A stretch of 64,000 nucleotides of DNA, from the sequence record MZ726792.1; one strand, 5' to 3'. Positions 53,368 to 61,568 of this stretch are shown in pieces. Under the pieces are notes generated by a model that was not told the DNA's origin, did no database searches, and was given only the letters and a program-made list of their open reading frames with translations. Source of the stretch: Escherichia phage vB_EcoM_ASO1B. How positions within the stretch are numbered: position 1 is the first letter of the stretch; each line of letters starts with the position of its first letter. Made by a program: the position numbers and the translations under genes.

Positions 53368-54437
53368 TTAACCAGCACCCAATCTTTTTAGGTGGTGAGA
53401 GAAAAACTTTTGACTCACTTAATAAACACTACCCAAAAATCTTTGAACTTTATAAACAACAAAAAGCACAAGACTGGTCAGAAGATGAGTTCCCTTTTGA
53501 ACAATCACGTCTTGATTTTGAGAGTGTCCCAGCATCAATGTCAGGTGTAATGCTTGAGATTCTTAAGTGGCAGTGGGAAGCAGATACTCAAGTTGCTAAG
53601 AGCTTGGCATTTGCCTTTGCACCATTTATCTCTGATGACATCTATGCAACTGCAATTATGAAGCAGTCTGAGATTGAAAACCTACATGCCCTTACTTACT
53701 CAGAGATTGTAAGGCAATGTATTAAAAACCCTGAAACAATCTTAGATGAGATTAACCAGAATGTTGCTGTGCAAGACCGATTAAAAACTGTGAATCGTGT
53801 TCTTGAAGAATTACTGGATGAAGGTATAAACTATCGTCTGAGTTATGTGCGTGATTCACTTCTGGACAAAGACCCTTTACACTTCCATAAAGTGATTCTA
53901 AAAGGTCTATTTGCAGTGACTGCACTTGAAGGTATATCTTTTATGGCATCCTTTGCATGCACTTTTGCACTTGATGCTCAAGATAAATTTCAGGGTATTG
54001 CTCAAGCTGTGCAGAAGATTATGCTTGATGAAATCCTTCACACTAAAATTGATATTGAAGTTTTAAAAGAAACTTTAAGAGATGATGAGTGGCAGAAAGC
54101 TTTTCAACAAATTCTTCCAGAGATTAAAGTAATCTTAGATGAAGTAGTTGAAAGTGAAGAGAAATGGTCGTATTATATCTTCTCCGAAGGACGTGCTGTA
54201 GTTGGCTTAAATACAAAGCTTCTTCATGAGTGGGTTTACTATAATGCTGCCCCACTGTATGATATGTTTGGCATTCCCAGAGATTTTGTAGCTCCTAAAG
54301 AACCACCTTTGAAGTACATGATTAAGAAGATGGAAATTGATAAAGAGCAGAATGCTAATCAGGAACAACAGAATGGCGCGTACCTATTGAATACTGTTGT
54401 AGATGATTTGAATAGTGGATTTTTAGAGGTTCCTTAA
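53364..54437 (+). CDS. nrdB: ribonucleotide reductase class Ia beta subunit
   Basis: About 357 aa, paired with nrdA; start set at ATG 53364 after AAAGGAG. Confidence 0.8.
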   Translation: MINQHPIFLGGERKTFDSLNKHYPKIFELYKQQKAQDWSEDEFPFEQSRLDFESVPASMSGVMLEILKWQWEADTQVAKSLAFAFAPFISDDIYATAIMKQSEIENLHALTYSEIVRQCIKNPETILDEINQNVAVQDRLKTVNRVLEELLDEGINYRLSYVRDSLLDKDPLHFHKVILKGLFAVTALEGISFMASFACTFALDAQDKFQGIAQAVQKIMLDEILHTKIDIEVLKETLRDDEWQKAFQQILPEIKVILDEVVESEEKWSYYIFSEGRAVVGLNTKLLHEWVYYNAAPLYDMFGIPRDFVAPKEPPLKYMIKKMEIDKEQNANQEQQNGAYLLNTVVDDLNSGFLEVP

Positions 54438-54679
54438 TGACTTATGTAATTTACTCCAAAACTGGATGCCCTCAGTGCGAGACTGCAAAGAATTTTGCAA
54501 AAGCTCGTGGTATTGACCATGTTGTGAGAATGTTAGGGCAGGACTATGAACTATCAGACCTGATTGATATTGCACAGATGCCAGTTCGTCAGATGCCATT
54601 CATCATGAAAACTGATGGGCAAAACCTAAAACATGTTGGTACGCTACAGAATTTTATGGCAGAGGTGAATAATGCTTAA
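54437..54679 (+). CDS. glutaredoxin-like protein (NrdH/NrdC-type)
   Basis: 80 aa with CPQC redox motif, directly downstream of nrdB. Confidence 0.75.
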   Translation: MTYVIYSKTGCPQCETAKNFAKARGIDHVVRMLGQDYELSDLIDIAQMPVRQMPFIMKTDGQNLKHVGTLQNFMAEVNNA

Positions 54680-54878
54680 ACGCATTTGGGAAGGTTTGGT
54701 TGTTGATGCACCAGCTATTGTGATTGGTATGCTTATCGTTAACCTATTTACTGACTTTGAACAAGGTTCATTGTTTGGAGCCATGTTACTATGGGTTATC
54801 TTCGAAATATTAGAGATACAGTTAGGTATCACTGAAAAACTAAGAGAACTCTTTGCGAAGTTTTCTAAAAAGATTTAA
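54672..54878 (+). CDS. small membrane protein (68 aa)
   Basis: Two hydrophobic segments; ORF in track. Confidence 0.4.
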   Translation: MLKRIWEGLVVDAPAIVIGMLIVNLFTDFEQGSLFGAMLLWVIFEILEIQLGITEKLRELFAKFSKKI

Positions 54879-54885
54879 AATGAAA

Positions 54886-54907
54886 GGGTCTCTTCGGAGA
54901 CCTTTTT
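54886..54907 (+). terminator. rho-independent terminator (UUCG tetraloop)
   Basis: GGGTCTC-TTCG-GAGACC followed by TTTTT. Confidence 0.65.
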
Positions 54908-54926
54908 AGCATGTAAAGGGGCAATA

Positions 54927-57071
54927 ATGAACAAAGTACAGATTATTAAAAAGAATGGCTCACTTGAAGAACCTGATATCAAAAAAGTTTTAGCAGCAGT
55001 CACAAAGTCAGCTAACAGAGTTGGTTATAAAGAGCTTCCACCAGATGTTACTCAAGCTCTTGAGTCAGCATTTATGAGGATTCTGGTAAAGTCCACTAAG
55101 CAGAATAATTTGCTAATTTCGGTAAATGATATTCACAGTATTGTTGAGGGTGCTTTGGCAGAAGTCAATCACGAGATTTATGAGTCTTACTCAACATATA
55201 GAAATTACCGTAAAGAGGTTGCTCAAAATTGGGATGAACTCTACCAGAAGACTAAAGATACACTCTTCTTAGGTGACCGAGAAAACGCTAATTTTGACAG
55301 CAGTTTAATTTCTACAAAAGGTTCAATTATTCGTGGTTATCTGACTAAAGAAATCTTTAAACAGTACCATTTAACACCAGAGGAACTTGAAGCCATTGAA
55401 AAAGGGTTTATCTACATCCATGATTTAAGAGACCTAATTTTTGGTGGTATCAACTGTTGCCTGTTTGACATTGGTAAAGTCCTGAAAGGTGGCTTTGAAA
55501 TGTCTGGCATCGAATATTGTGAACCGAAGTCTGTACTGTCAGCCTTACAGGTTATTGGTGATGTAGTTCTTTCAGCAACTGCACAGCAATTTGGTGGCTT
55601 TACTTTAGCAGAGATTGATAAGGTACTTGTACCGTATGCTAAGAAGTCTCTACACTATCATGCTGAGAAAGCAGCATCTTATGGTATTCCTAAAGAACAT
55701 TACCACAATTATGTCATGGAGCAGCTACAGATTGAACTGACTCAGGGTTTCCAGTCACTTGAAATGAAACTAAACACTGTACCTTGTAGTCGTGGGGATT
55801 TTGCATTCACAACTTTGACATTCGGGTTACTTGACTCAGATATGTCCAATGAAGATAACCGACTGCAATACATGATTGCAAGTACTCTCCTAGATGTTCG
55901 TATGAATGGACAAGGTAAGAGCAAGAAGCCTGTTGTATTCCCTAAACTGGTTTATATTTATGACCAGAAGAGACACGATGAGAATATCTGTCAAGGCCAC
56001 CTGTACAGTAAAGCTATTGAGTGTTGCTCTAAAGCAATGTATCCAGACTTCTTAAGTGTATCTGGTCATGGTGCTGTAGCAGAGGCTTTTGAGCGTTCTG
56101 GTAAGGTTATTTCACCAATGGGTTGCAGAGCTTTCTTGTCTCCATATCTTAATGAGGATGGGGAAGAGTTCTACGTTGGTCGTGCTAACATTGGTGCTGT
56201 ATCTTTGAACTTACCAATGATTTACCAGTATTCTAAAGAGAATGGATTAGACTTCTGGACAGAACTTGATAAATATCTCGAAATGATTCGTAGCTTCCAT
56301 AAGAAACGCTACGAAATGATTGCTAATATGCCAGCAAGTTCTAACCCTCTTGCATTCACACAAGGTGGTCTGTACAAAGGAACTAAGAAACCTACTGACA
56401 AGGTTGGTTGGGATATTGTGAAGTCCTTCACAGCTTCTTTTGGTGTTACTGCGCTTGATGAGTTGTCTGTTCTTGCTGAAGGTAAACGACTTCATGAAGT
56501 TGGAAGCTATAGTTTTGCATATGATGTTCTGGCATACATCAACATGAAAACCGAAGAGTTTAAAAATGAAGATGGCTTCTTATATGCCGTCTATGGTACT
56601 CCAGCAGAATCACTATGTGGGACTCAGCTAAAACAGTTCAGAGATATGTTTGGGGTTATCAAAGGTGTTTCCGATAAGGAATACTTTACAAACAGTTTCC
56701 ATATGAATGTTGCAGCAGACATCTCGCCATTTGAGAAGCAGGACTTAGAAGAGCCATTCTTCCATATCTGTAGAGGCGGTAGAATCCAGTATGTAAGAGT
56801 AGCTAACCCAGAAAACTTAACAGCACTTAAAAGTTGTATTACAAGAGGGATGTTGAAAGGTTTCTATCAGGGGCTTAACTTTGACTTAGCAATCTGTGAA
56901 CATTGTGGTAACAGACCAAAGGCTGATGTTGAAGAATGTGAGGTTTGCCATTCACATGATATCTCTGTGATTAACAGGGTGTGTGGGTATCTTGGATGGA
57001 CTAAGATTAAAGGTGAATCCCGAATGAACGATGCAAAAATCGCTGAGATTCGTGATAGAGTCTCTATGTAA
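54927..57071 (+). CDS. nrdD: anaerobic ribonucleoside-triphosphate reductase
   Basis: C-terminal Zn ribbon CEHCG...CEVCH and glycyl-radical motif RVCGYLG; 714 aa. Confidence 0.9.
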   Translation: MNKVQIIKKNGSLEEPDIKKVLAAVTKSANRVGYKELPPDVTQALESAFMRILVKSTKQNNLLISVNDIHSIVEGALAEVNHEIYESYSTYRNYRKEVAQNWDELYQKTKDTLFLGDRENANFDSSLISTKGSIIRGYLTKEIFKQYHLTPEELEAIEKGFIYIHDLRDLIFGGINCCLFDIGKVLKGGFEMSGIEYCEPKSVLSALQVIGDVVLSATAQQFGGFTLAEIDKVLVPYAKKSLHYHAEKAASYGIPKEHYHNYVMEQLQIELTQGFQSLEMKLNTVPCSRGDFAFTTLTFGLLDSDMSNEDNRLQYMIASTLLDVRMNGQGKSKKPVVFPKLVYIYDQKRHDENICQGHLYSKAIECCSKAMYPDFLSVSGHGAVAEAFERSGKVISPMGCRAFLSPYLNEDGEEFYVGRANIGAVSLNLPMIYQYSKENGLDFWTELDKYLEMIRSFHKKRYEMIANMPASSNPLAFTQGGLYKGTKKPTDKVGWDIVKSFTASFGVTALDELSVLAEGKRLHEVGSYSFAYDVLAYINMKTEEFKNEDGFLYAVYGTPAESLCGTQLKQFRDMFGVIKGVSDKEYFTNSFHMNVAADISPFEKQDLEEPFFHICRGGRIQYVRVANPENLTALKSCITRGMLKGFYQGLNFDLAICEHCGNRPKADVEECEVCHSHDISVINRVCGYLGWTKIKGESRMNDAKIAEIRDRVSM

Positions 57072-57079
57072 AACTTGAC

Positions 57080-57125
57080 AAGGTGATGTGGGTCTTGATA
57101 GGCTTACATCACCTTTTTTTTTTTT
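57080..57125 (+). terminator. rho-independent terminator after nrdD
   Basis: AGGTGATGT-loop-ACATCACCT followed by a 13-nt T-run. Confidence 0.65.
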
Positions 57126-57232
57126 TATTGGATGTTAGATATGGCAGAGAACATCATTGGCCTATTCATAGGTTCTGTCTTACTAGGGTTCTTTTTAGGA
57201 CTCTCTTATTGTGAATTAAGAGGCAAGTTAAA

Positions 57233-57433
57233 ATGTTTAAAATATCAAAATCGTTGATATACATTCTCCACATTCTAATCTTCTTCTTTGGGGTTAGTGT
57301 TATGGTATGGGGTTTTTCAGACCCACAGTGGAGTTTATCATATCATGGTCAGATGGATTTATGGTCATGCTTCAAACCATTTTTAGGGTTAGCCATAGCA
57401 TTCAGTGTATTGCCAACTAAGGTGAAATTATGA
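57233..57433 (+). CDS. small membrane protein (66 aa)
   Basis: ORF in track, hydrophobic. Confidence 0.4.
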   Translation: MFKISKSLIYILHILIFFFGVSVMVWGFSDPQWSLSYHGQMDLWSCFKPFLGLAIAFSVLPTKVKL

Positions 57434-57825
57434 TTAAGTTGAACAAAAAACAGTTAGAGTGGATTAAAGATTATGCCTCAGAGTGCGGCTCTTGCGAAAA
57501 GAATCACGTAAGATATTCAACATTCCATGCGACCTTCACATTGTACATCAGCGACAACGTTCTAAGTGATTCCGTAGAAGATGGTGTAGCGTTACCTAAT
57601 GAATTACTTGACAAATTAGCTGTAGTTACTGGAACGTGGAGTGAAGAAGATGGTCACGAACTATCTGACAATGTTGTCTTCTACAGTCTTGAAAATATTA
57701 TGAATCCAGAGTACATTATGTTAATGACTTGTGCACAAGACTGTGTGCCATTACAAAACTTCATTAAAGAGCATTGTGAAGAGTTTATTACTAAACAGGT
57801 TCCTTGTCAGGTGGTGTTTGAATGA
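57430..57825 (+). CDS. hypothetical protein (131 aa)
   Basis: ORF in track. Confidence 0.45.
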   Translation: MIKLNKKQLEWIKDYASECGSCEKNHVRYSTFHATFTLYISDNVLSDSVEDGVALPNELLDKLAVVTGTWSEEDGHELSDNVVFYSLENIMNPEYIMLMTCAQDCVPLQNFIKEHCEEFITKQVPCQVVFE

Positions 57826-58121
57826 GTAAAACAATTCGAAGAAAAGGTTTAAAGAACGTTCACGGACTCTATGAGTGGAGGAATGAGGTACGTAACAGAG
57901 AAAATGCTTCAGATGTCTACTTCCATTCTGATATGATGTCCAGAAAAGGTGGCTCTTATGACTTTACAAGTCAGCCTTGTAGAGAGATTAAGCAGGCTAC
58001 TAAACGTCTTACAAGAACACAAATCAGTCAGCTTTCTAAGACATCCTTCTTAGATGAAGATTTTGACATTGACAGCAAGTCTCCAAAGAAAGCTGCTCAG
58101 AGCACTTATATGTATTGGTGA
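57822..58121 (+). CDS. hypothetical protein (99 aa)
   Basis: ORF in track. Confidence 0.45.
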   Translation: MSKTIRRKGLKNVHGLYEWRNEVRNRENASDVYFHSDMMSRKGGSYDFTSQPCREIKQATKRLTRTQISQLSKTSFLDEDFDIDSKSPKKAAQSTYMYW

Positions 58122-58130
58122 GGTAACTAG

Positions 58131-58616
58131 ATGAATTACATGGAGATTAGACCATTTGACACAGCTAATGGTGAAGGGGTTCGTGTAAGCCTCTTCGTAG
58201 CTGGTTGTAAACATCACTGTGAAGGCTGCTTTAACAGGGAGTCTTGGAAGTTTAATGCTGGTAAAGAGTTCACTTATGCAAACCTCTATGGCATCATTAA
58301 ATTAATGGATGATAATGCCGTCAGTGGGTTGTCAATACTTGGTGGAGAACCTCTGGATGATAGAAATATTCAAGAGGTTACCAACATATGCAAACGTATT
58401 AAAACCGTTTACCCAGAAAAATCTATCTGGCTATGGACAGGTTTTCAGTTACACGAAAAAATTCACCTAGATGTGATGAAATATGTTGACGTGGTGATTG
58501 ATGGTAAGTATGATTCATCTAAACCAACAGTTAAACCATATCGTGGTTCTGATAACCAAAACCTCTGGAGAAAAGAGTATGGATGGCAAGGCGATTGTCA
58601 ATGGAGAGCCGAGTAA
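58131..58616 (+). CDS. nrdG: anaerobic ribonucleotide reductase activating protein (radical SAM)
   Basis: CKHHCEGC radical-SAM cysteine motif; 161 aa. Confidence 0.8.
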   Translation: MNYMEIRPFDTANGEGVRVSLFVAGCKHHCEGCFNRESWKFNAGKEFTYANLYGIIKLMDDNAVSGLSILGGEPLDDRNIQEVTNICKRIKTVYPEKSIWLWTGFQLHEKIHLDVMKYVDVVIDGKYDSSKPTVKPYRGSDNQNLWRKEYGWQGDCQWRAE

Positions 58617-58740
58617 GTCTCGTCGTAAAGTAGGTTATCGGTAAAGGGCACTTTACAATGTTCTACAGAACAAACTTAACCGTTTGTGTCACTGAAAAAG
58701 AACTTAAAACATTTTGTGAAAAGATTGAGAGAGATATGAA

Positions 58741-58998
58741 ATGGGACTCTGGAATAGTTTTAAATCAAAAGTAAAAGCAGCACTAGCTTCATTAGGTATG
58801 CTCACTGGTGTTGATGTGACTCACCTTATGCAGAACTTCAATATGGATGAGAAGCTGGCTAATGAGATTATGAAAAGTATCTATGTAGGCCGTGGTAAAG
58901 GTGGTAAGAAACAAGCCCACCGTCCGTCTGGTGCAGCAGCTATTAAACGAGCAGCTAAGAAAGCTCGTAACCGTAAACGTAATAAGAAGGCTAAATAA
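58741..58998 (+). CDS. hypothetical protein with highly basic C-terminus (85 aa)
   Basis: ORF in track; Lys/Arg-rich C-terminal tail. Confidence 0.45.
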   Translation: MGLWNSFKSKVKAALASLGMLTGVDVTHLMQNFNMDEKLANEIMKSIYVGRGKGGKKQAHRPSGAAAIKRAAKKARNRKRNKKAK

Positions 58999-59000
58999 TC

Positions 59001-59321
59001 ATGAGCAAAGTTTATAACACTCGCAAATTACAGATTTTCGTACTGTGCCAGTTTATGGCTAAAGAATATAACTTCTACTATTGCGGCACAGGTTTTATTA
59101 GCGACGATGATGGTTCATACCTACCATTTAAAGAAGCTGTGAAGCTCTTTAATGAAGAGAAAAGCTCTAAGAAAGATATTGAAAAGGTTAAGCTAACCTA
59201 CAGCAAGAAAGATAAGAAGATTATCTGCCTAGATAACTTTGTGAAAGTTACTGGAGAAGCAAAAGAGTTTATGGATGAGAGTGAGATTTCATTCACAAGC
59301 ATCTTGAAAGTAGCTCAGTAA
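59001..59321 (+). CDS. hypothetical protein (106 aa)
   Basis: ORF in track, followed by a terminator. Confidence 0.45.
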   Translation: MSKVYNTRKLQIFVLCQFMAKEYNFYYCGTGFISDDDGSYLPFKEAVKLFNEEKSSKKDIEKVKLTYSKKDKKIICLDNFVKVTGEAKEFMDESEISFTSILKVAQ

Positions 59322-59334
59322 ACAGATACTATAA

Positions 59335-59362
59335 GGGAACTGTAAAGGTTCCCTTTTATTTT
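59335..59362 (+). terminator. rho-independent terminator
   Basis: GGGAAC-TGTAAAG-GTTCCC followed by TTTTATTTT. Confidence 0.6.
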
Positions 59363-59371
59363 GGAGATGAT

Positions 59372-59887
59372 ATGTATCTGTCAAACCTAAAACGTTCTGC
59401 TGCAATGTCAGTTCTAAGACTCAGCTTTGATGAGCGTCAAGAGTTTATAGACTCCCACAAATATGACCCTTCAAATTCTAATCACATGGTTCTTTGGAAT
59501 CGTGATAACTTCCGTGAAAGAGCACTTGTCCGTTATTACCCACACTACACAATAGATAACCTGTATGAATGGTGTGTTGTGAAGAACACCATTGCAACAC
59601 TGAACAATCTTTGCAGGTATACGGGTAAGCAAACATTTACATTAGGTCATCACAAACCTGTTACAAAAGGTGGTGAACATCACTGTGCAAACTGGTTTAT
59701 CCAAACTAAAACTGATAACCAGAAGCAAGGAGATAGCCTCCTAAGTATCCCCAAGATGACCTATGAAGAGCAAGAGAAATATATCAAAAATAATATGCCA
59801 GATGTGCTTGACAACAACTATACAGATTTGGCAATATCTCTCCTGTTGAAGTTCGAGACAGTTTATAGGGCAACTTATAATGGCTAA
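59372..59887 (+). CDS. putative HNH-family nuclease (171 aa)
   Basis: LGHHKPVTKGGEHHCANWFIQTKTDNQKQG resembles an HNH core. Confidence 0.4.
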   Translation: MYLSNLKRSAAMSVLRLSFDERQEFIDSHKYDPSNSNHMVLWNRDNFRERALVRYYPHYTIDNLYEWCVVKNTIATLNNLCRYTGKQTFTLGHHKPVTKGGEHHCANWFIQTKTDNQKQGDSLLSIPKMTYEEQEKYIKNNMPDVLDNNYTDLAISLLLKFETVYRATYNG

Positions 59888-60158
59888 AGAAAAGTGGGAG
59901 ATTTTACCATTAGTCAGTGAAGGAGGTAATGGTTGTGAAATGTACATGATACGTGGTCATGTTCCAGAGCCAATTGCACTTGAGATGGTAAACAACTTTA
60001 CAGATGGTTCTTACAAAGACTTAGGCGAACCAACTGTCAAGCAACAATGGGTAAAGCCTGTACCAGACAGCACAGGTAACTGTAGTGTACTTTACCACGT
60101 TGTAGACCCTGTAAAATGCAAATCTGCAATGGCAGTAACAAACGTAACTTTTGATTGA
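59880..60158 (+). CDS. hypothetical protein (92 aa)
   Basis: ORF in track. Confidence 0.45.
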   Translation: MAKEKWEILPLVSEGGNGCEMYMIRGHVPEPIALEMVNNFTDGSYKDLGEPTVKQQWVKPVPDSTGNCSVLYHVVDPVKCKSAMAVTNVTFD

Positions 60159-60169
60159 GAGAGAAAACT

Positions 60170-61051
60170 ATGAAAACATCTATCCGTGTCACAATTCATT
60201 CACCGACTAAAGGAACTCATGAAGAAGAGTTTAACATCATCCAATTCCCTTCTGGTGAGATTGGTGGCCACTTTTCACAAGAGCTTGTTGATTTTACTGC
60301 TTATGCAGCATCATCTATTAACAATGTGGTTATGATTGTAAAGGGTTATGACAAAGACACACTGTTTGCTGTGGCACTGGCTAAAGAAGCAATTGACGAT
60401 TTAGTTCCTCATGATTATGCCCTGAAGACTGTCATTTTTTACTACTTGCCAAATGCACGATACGACCGTCACATGTTTAAAGGCGACGCAGCAGCTTTAA
60501 AGGTTTTTGCTAAACAGGTAAATGCAATGGGATTTGGTGCAGTCTGTGCAGTTGACCCTCACAGTTACGTTCCAGATAACCTGTTTAACTGCTTCCAGAG
60601 TATTCCTCAAAAGGAGATTGCAGTCCACTATGCAAATGACCCACTGGTTGATTACTTAGTAGCCCCAGATGCAGGTGCTGCTAAGAAGGTTGCAGAGACC
60701 GCTAAAGAGGTGGGTAAACCATATATCACAATGTCTAAAGTACGCAACCTTAAGACTGGTGAAATTACTGGTATGCGAATCCTTGATGATGTTGATTTGA
60801 CAGATAAAACCGTCATGATTCTGGATGATATCTGTGATGGTGGTCGAACCTTCATAGAAGCAGCGAAACATCTTCGTGAAGCAGGTGCAAAACGTGTGGA
60901 ACTTTATGTAACACATGGTATCTTCTCTAAAGATGTTGAAAACCTTCTTGACAATGGTATCGACCATATTTACACTACAAACTCTTTAGGTGAAGCTAAA
61001 GACCGTGGCTTAACACATTATAGTCAAGTTACTGTAGCAAATTTGGATTAG
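60170..61051 (+). CDS. prs: ribose-phosphate pyrophosphokinase (PRPP synthetase)
   Basis: PRPP-binding motif VMILDDICDGGRT; start set at ATG 60170. Confidence 0.8.
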   Translation: MKTSIRVTIHSPTKGTHEEEFNIIQFPSGEIGGHFSQELVDFTAYAASSINNVVMIVKGYDKDTLFAVALAKEAIDDLVPHDYALKTVIFYYLPNARYDRHMFKGDAAALKVFAKQVNAMGFGAVCAVDPHSYVPDNLFNCFQSIPQKEIAVHYANDPLVDYLVAPDAGAAKKVAETAKEVGKPYITMSKVRNLKTGEITGMRILDDVDLTDKTVMILDDICDGGRTFIEAAKHLREAGAKRVELYVTHGIFSKDVENLLDNGIDHIYTTNSLGEAKDRGLTHYSQVTVANLD

Positions 61052-61059
61052 GTATTAAA

Positions 61060-61551
61060 ATGGATAAGGGTTACTTCGAAAAATACCTAATATACGAACC
61101 AGAGACAGGTTTACTAATTTGGAAAGTAACCCTTTGCAATACCGCTATTGCTGGTAACGTTGCTGGCACAAGGTCTAAGAAGGGTTATATCCAAGTTCAG
61201 ATAAATAAGAAAAGGTACTATGCGCATAATATCGCATGGATTCTATCTGGAGGTGATATACCAAGTGGATATGAGATAGACCACATAGACCTTGACAAAA
61301 CAAATAATAGGCTGGAAAACTTAAGACTGAGTACAAAGTCACAAAACCAAAGGAATAGAGGTCTACAAAAGAACAATAAAACTGGCGTGAAGGGCGTAAG
61401 TGTGTGTCCACAGACAGGTCTTTATAAGGCAAGGGTGATGCTTTATCATAAAGAATACTTTTGCGGAAGATTTAAAACGCTAGAAGAAGCTAAAGAAGCT
61501 GTAATTAGAAAACGAATAGAACTTCATGGTAAGTTTGCAAGACATAACTAA
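61060..61551 (+). CDS. HNH homing endonuclease with AP2-like C-terminal domain (paralogue 3)
   Basis: YEPETGLLIW, IDHIDLDKTNNRLENLR, C-terminal GVKGVSVCPQTGLYKARV; inserted between prs and the NAMPT gene. Confidence 0.8.
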   Translation: MDKGYFEKYLIYEPETGLLIWKVTLCNTAIAGNVAGTRSKKGYIQVQINKKRYYAHNIAWILSGGDIPSGYEIDHIDLDKTNNRLENLRLSTKSQNQRNRGLQKNNKTGVKGVSVCPQTGLYKARVMLYHKEYFCGRFKTLEEAKEAVIRKRIELHGKFARHN

Positions 61552-61568
61552 TAGAGAGAGACATTAAT

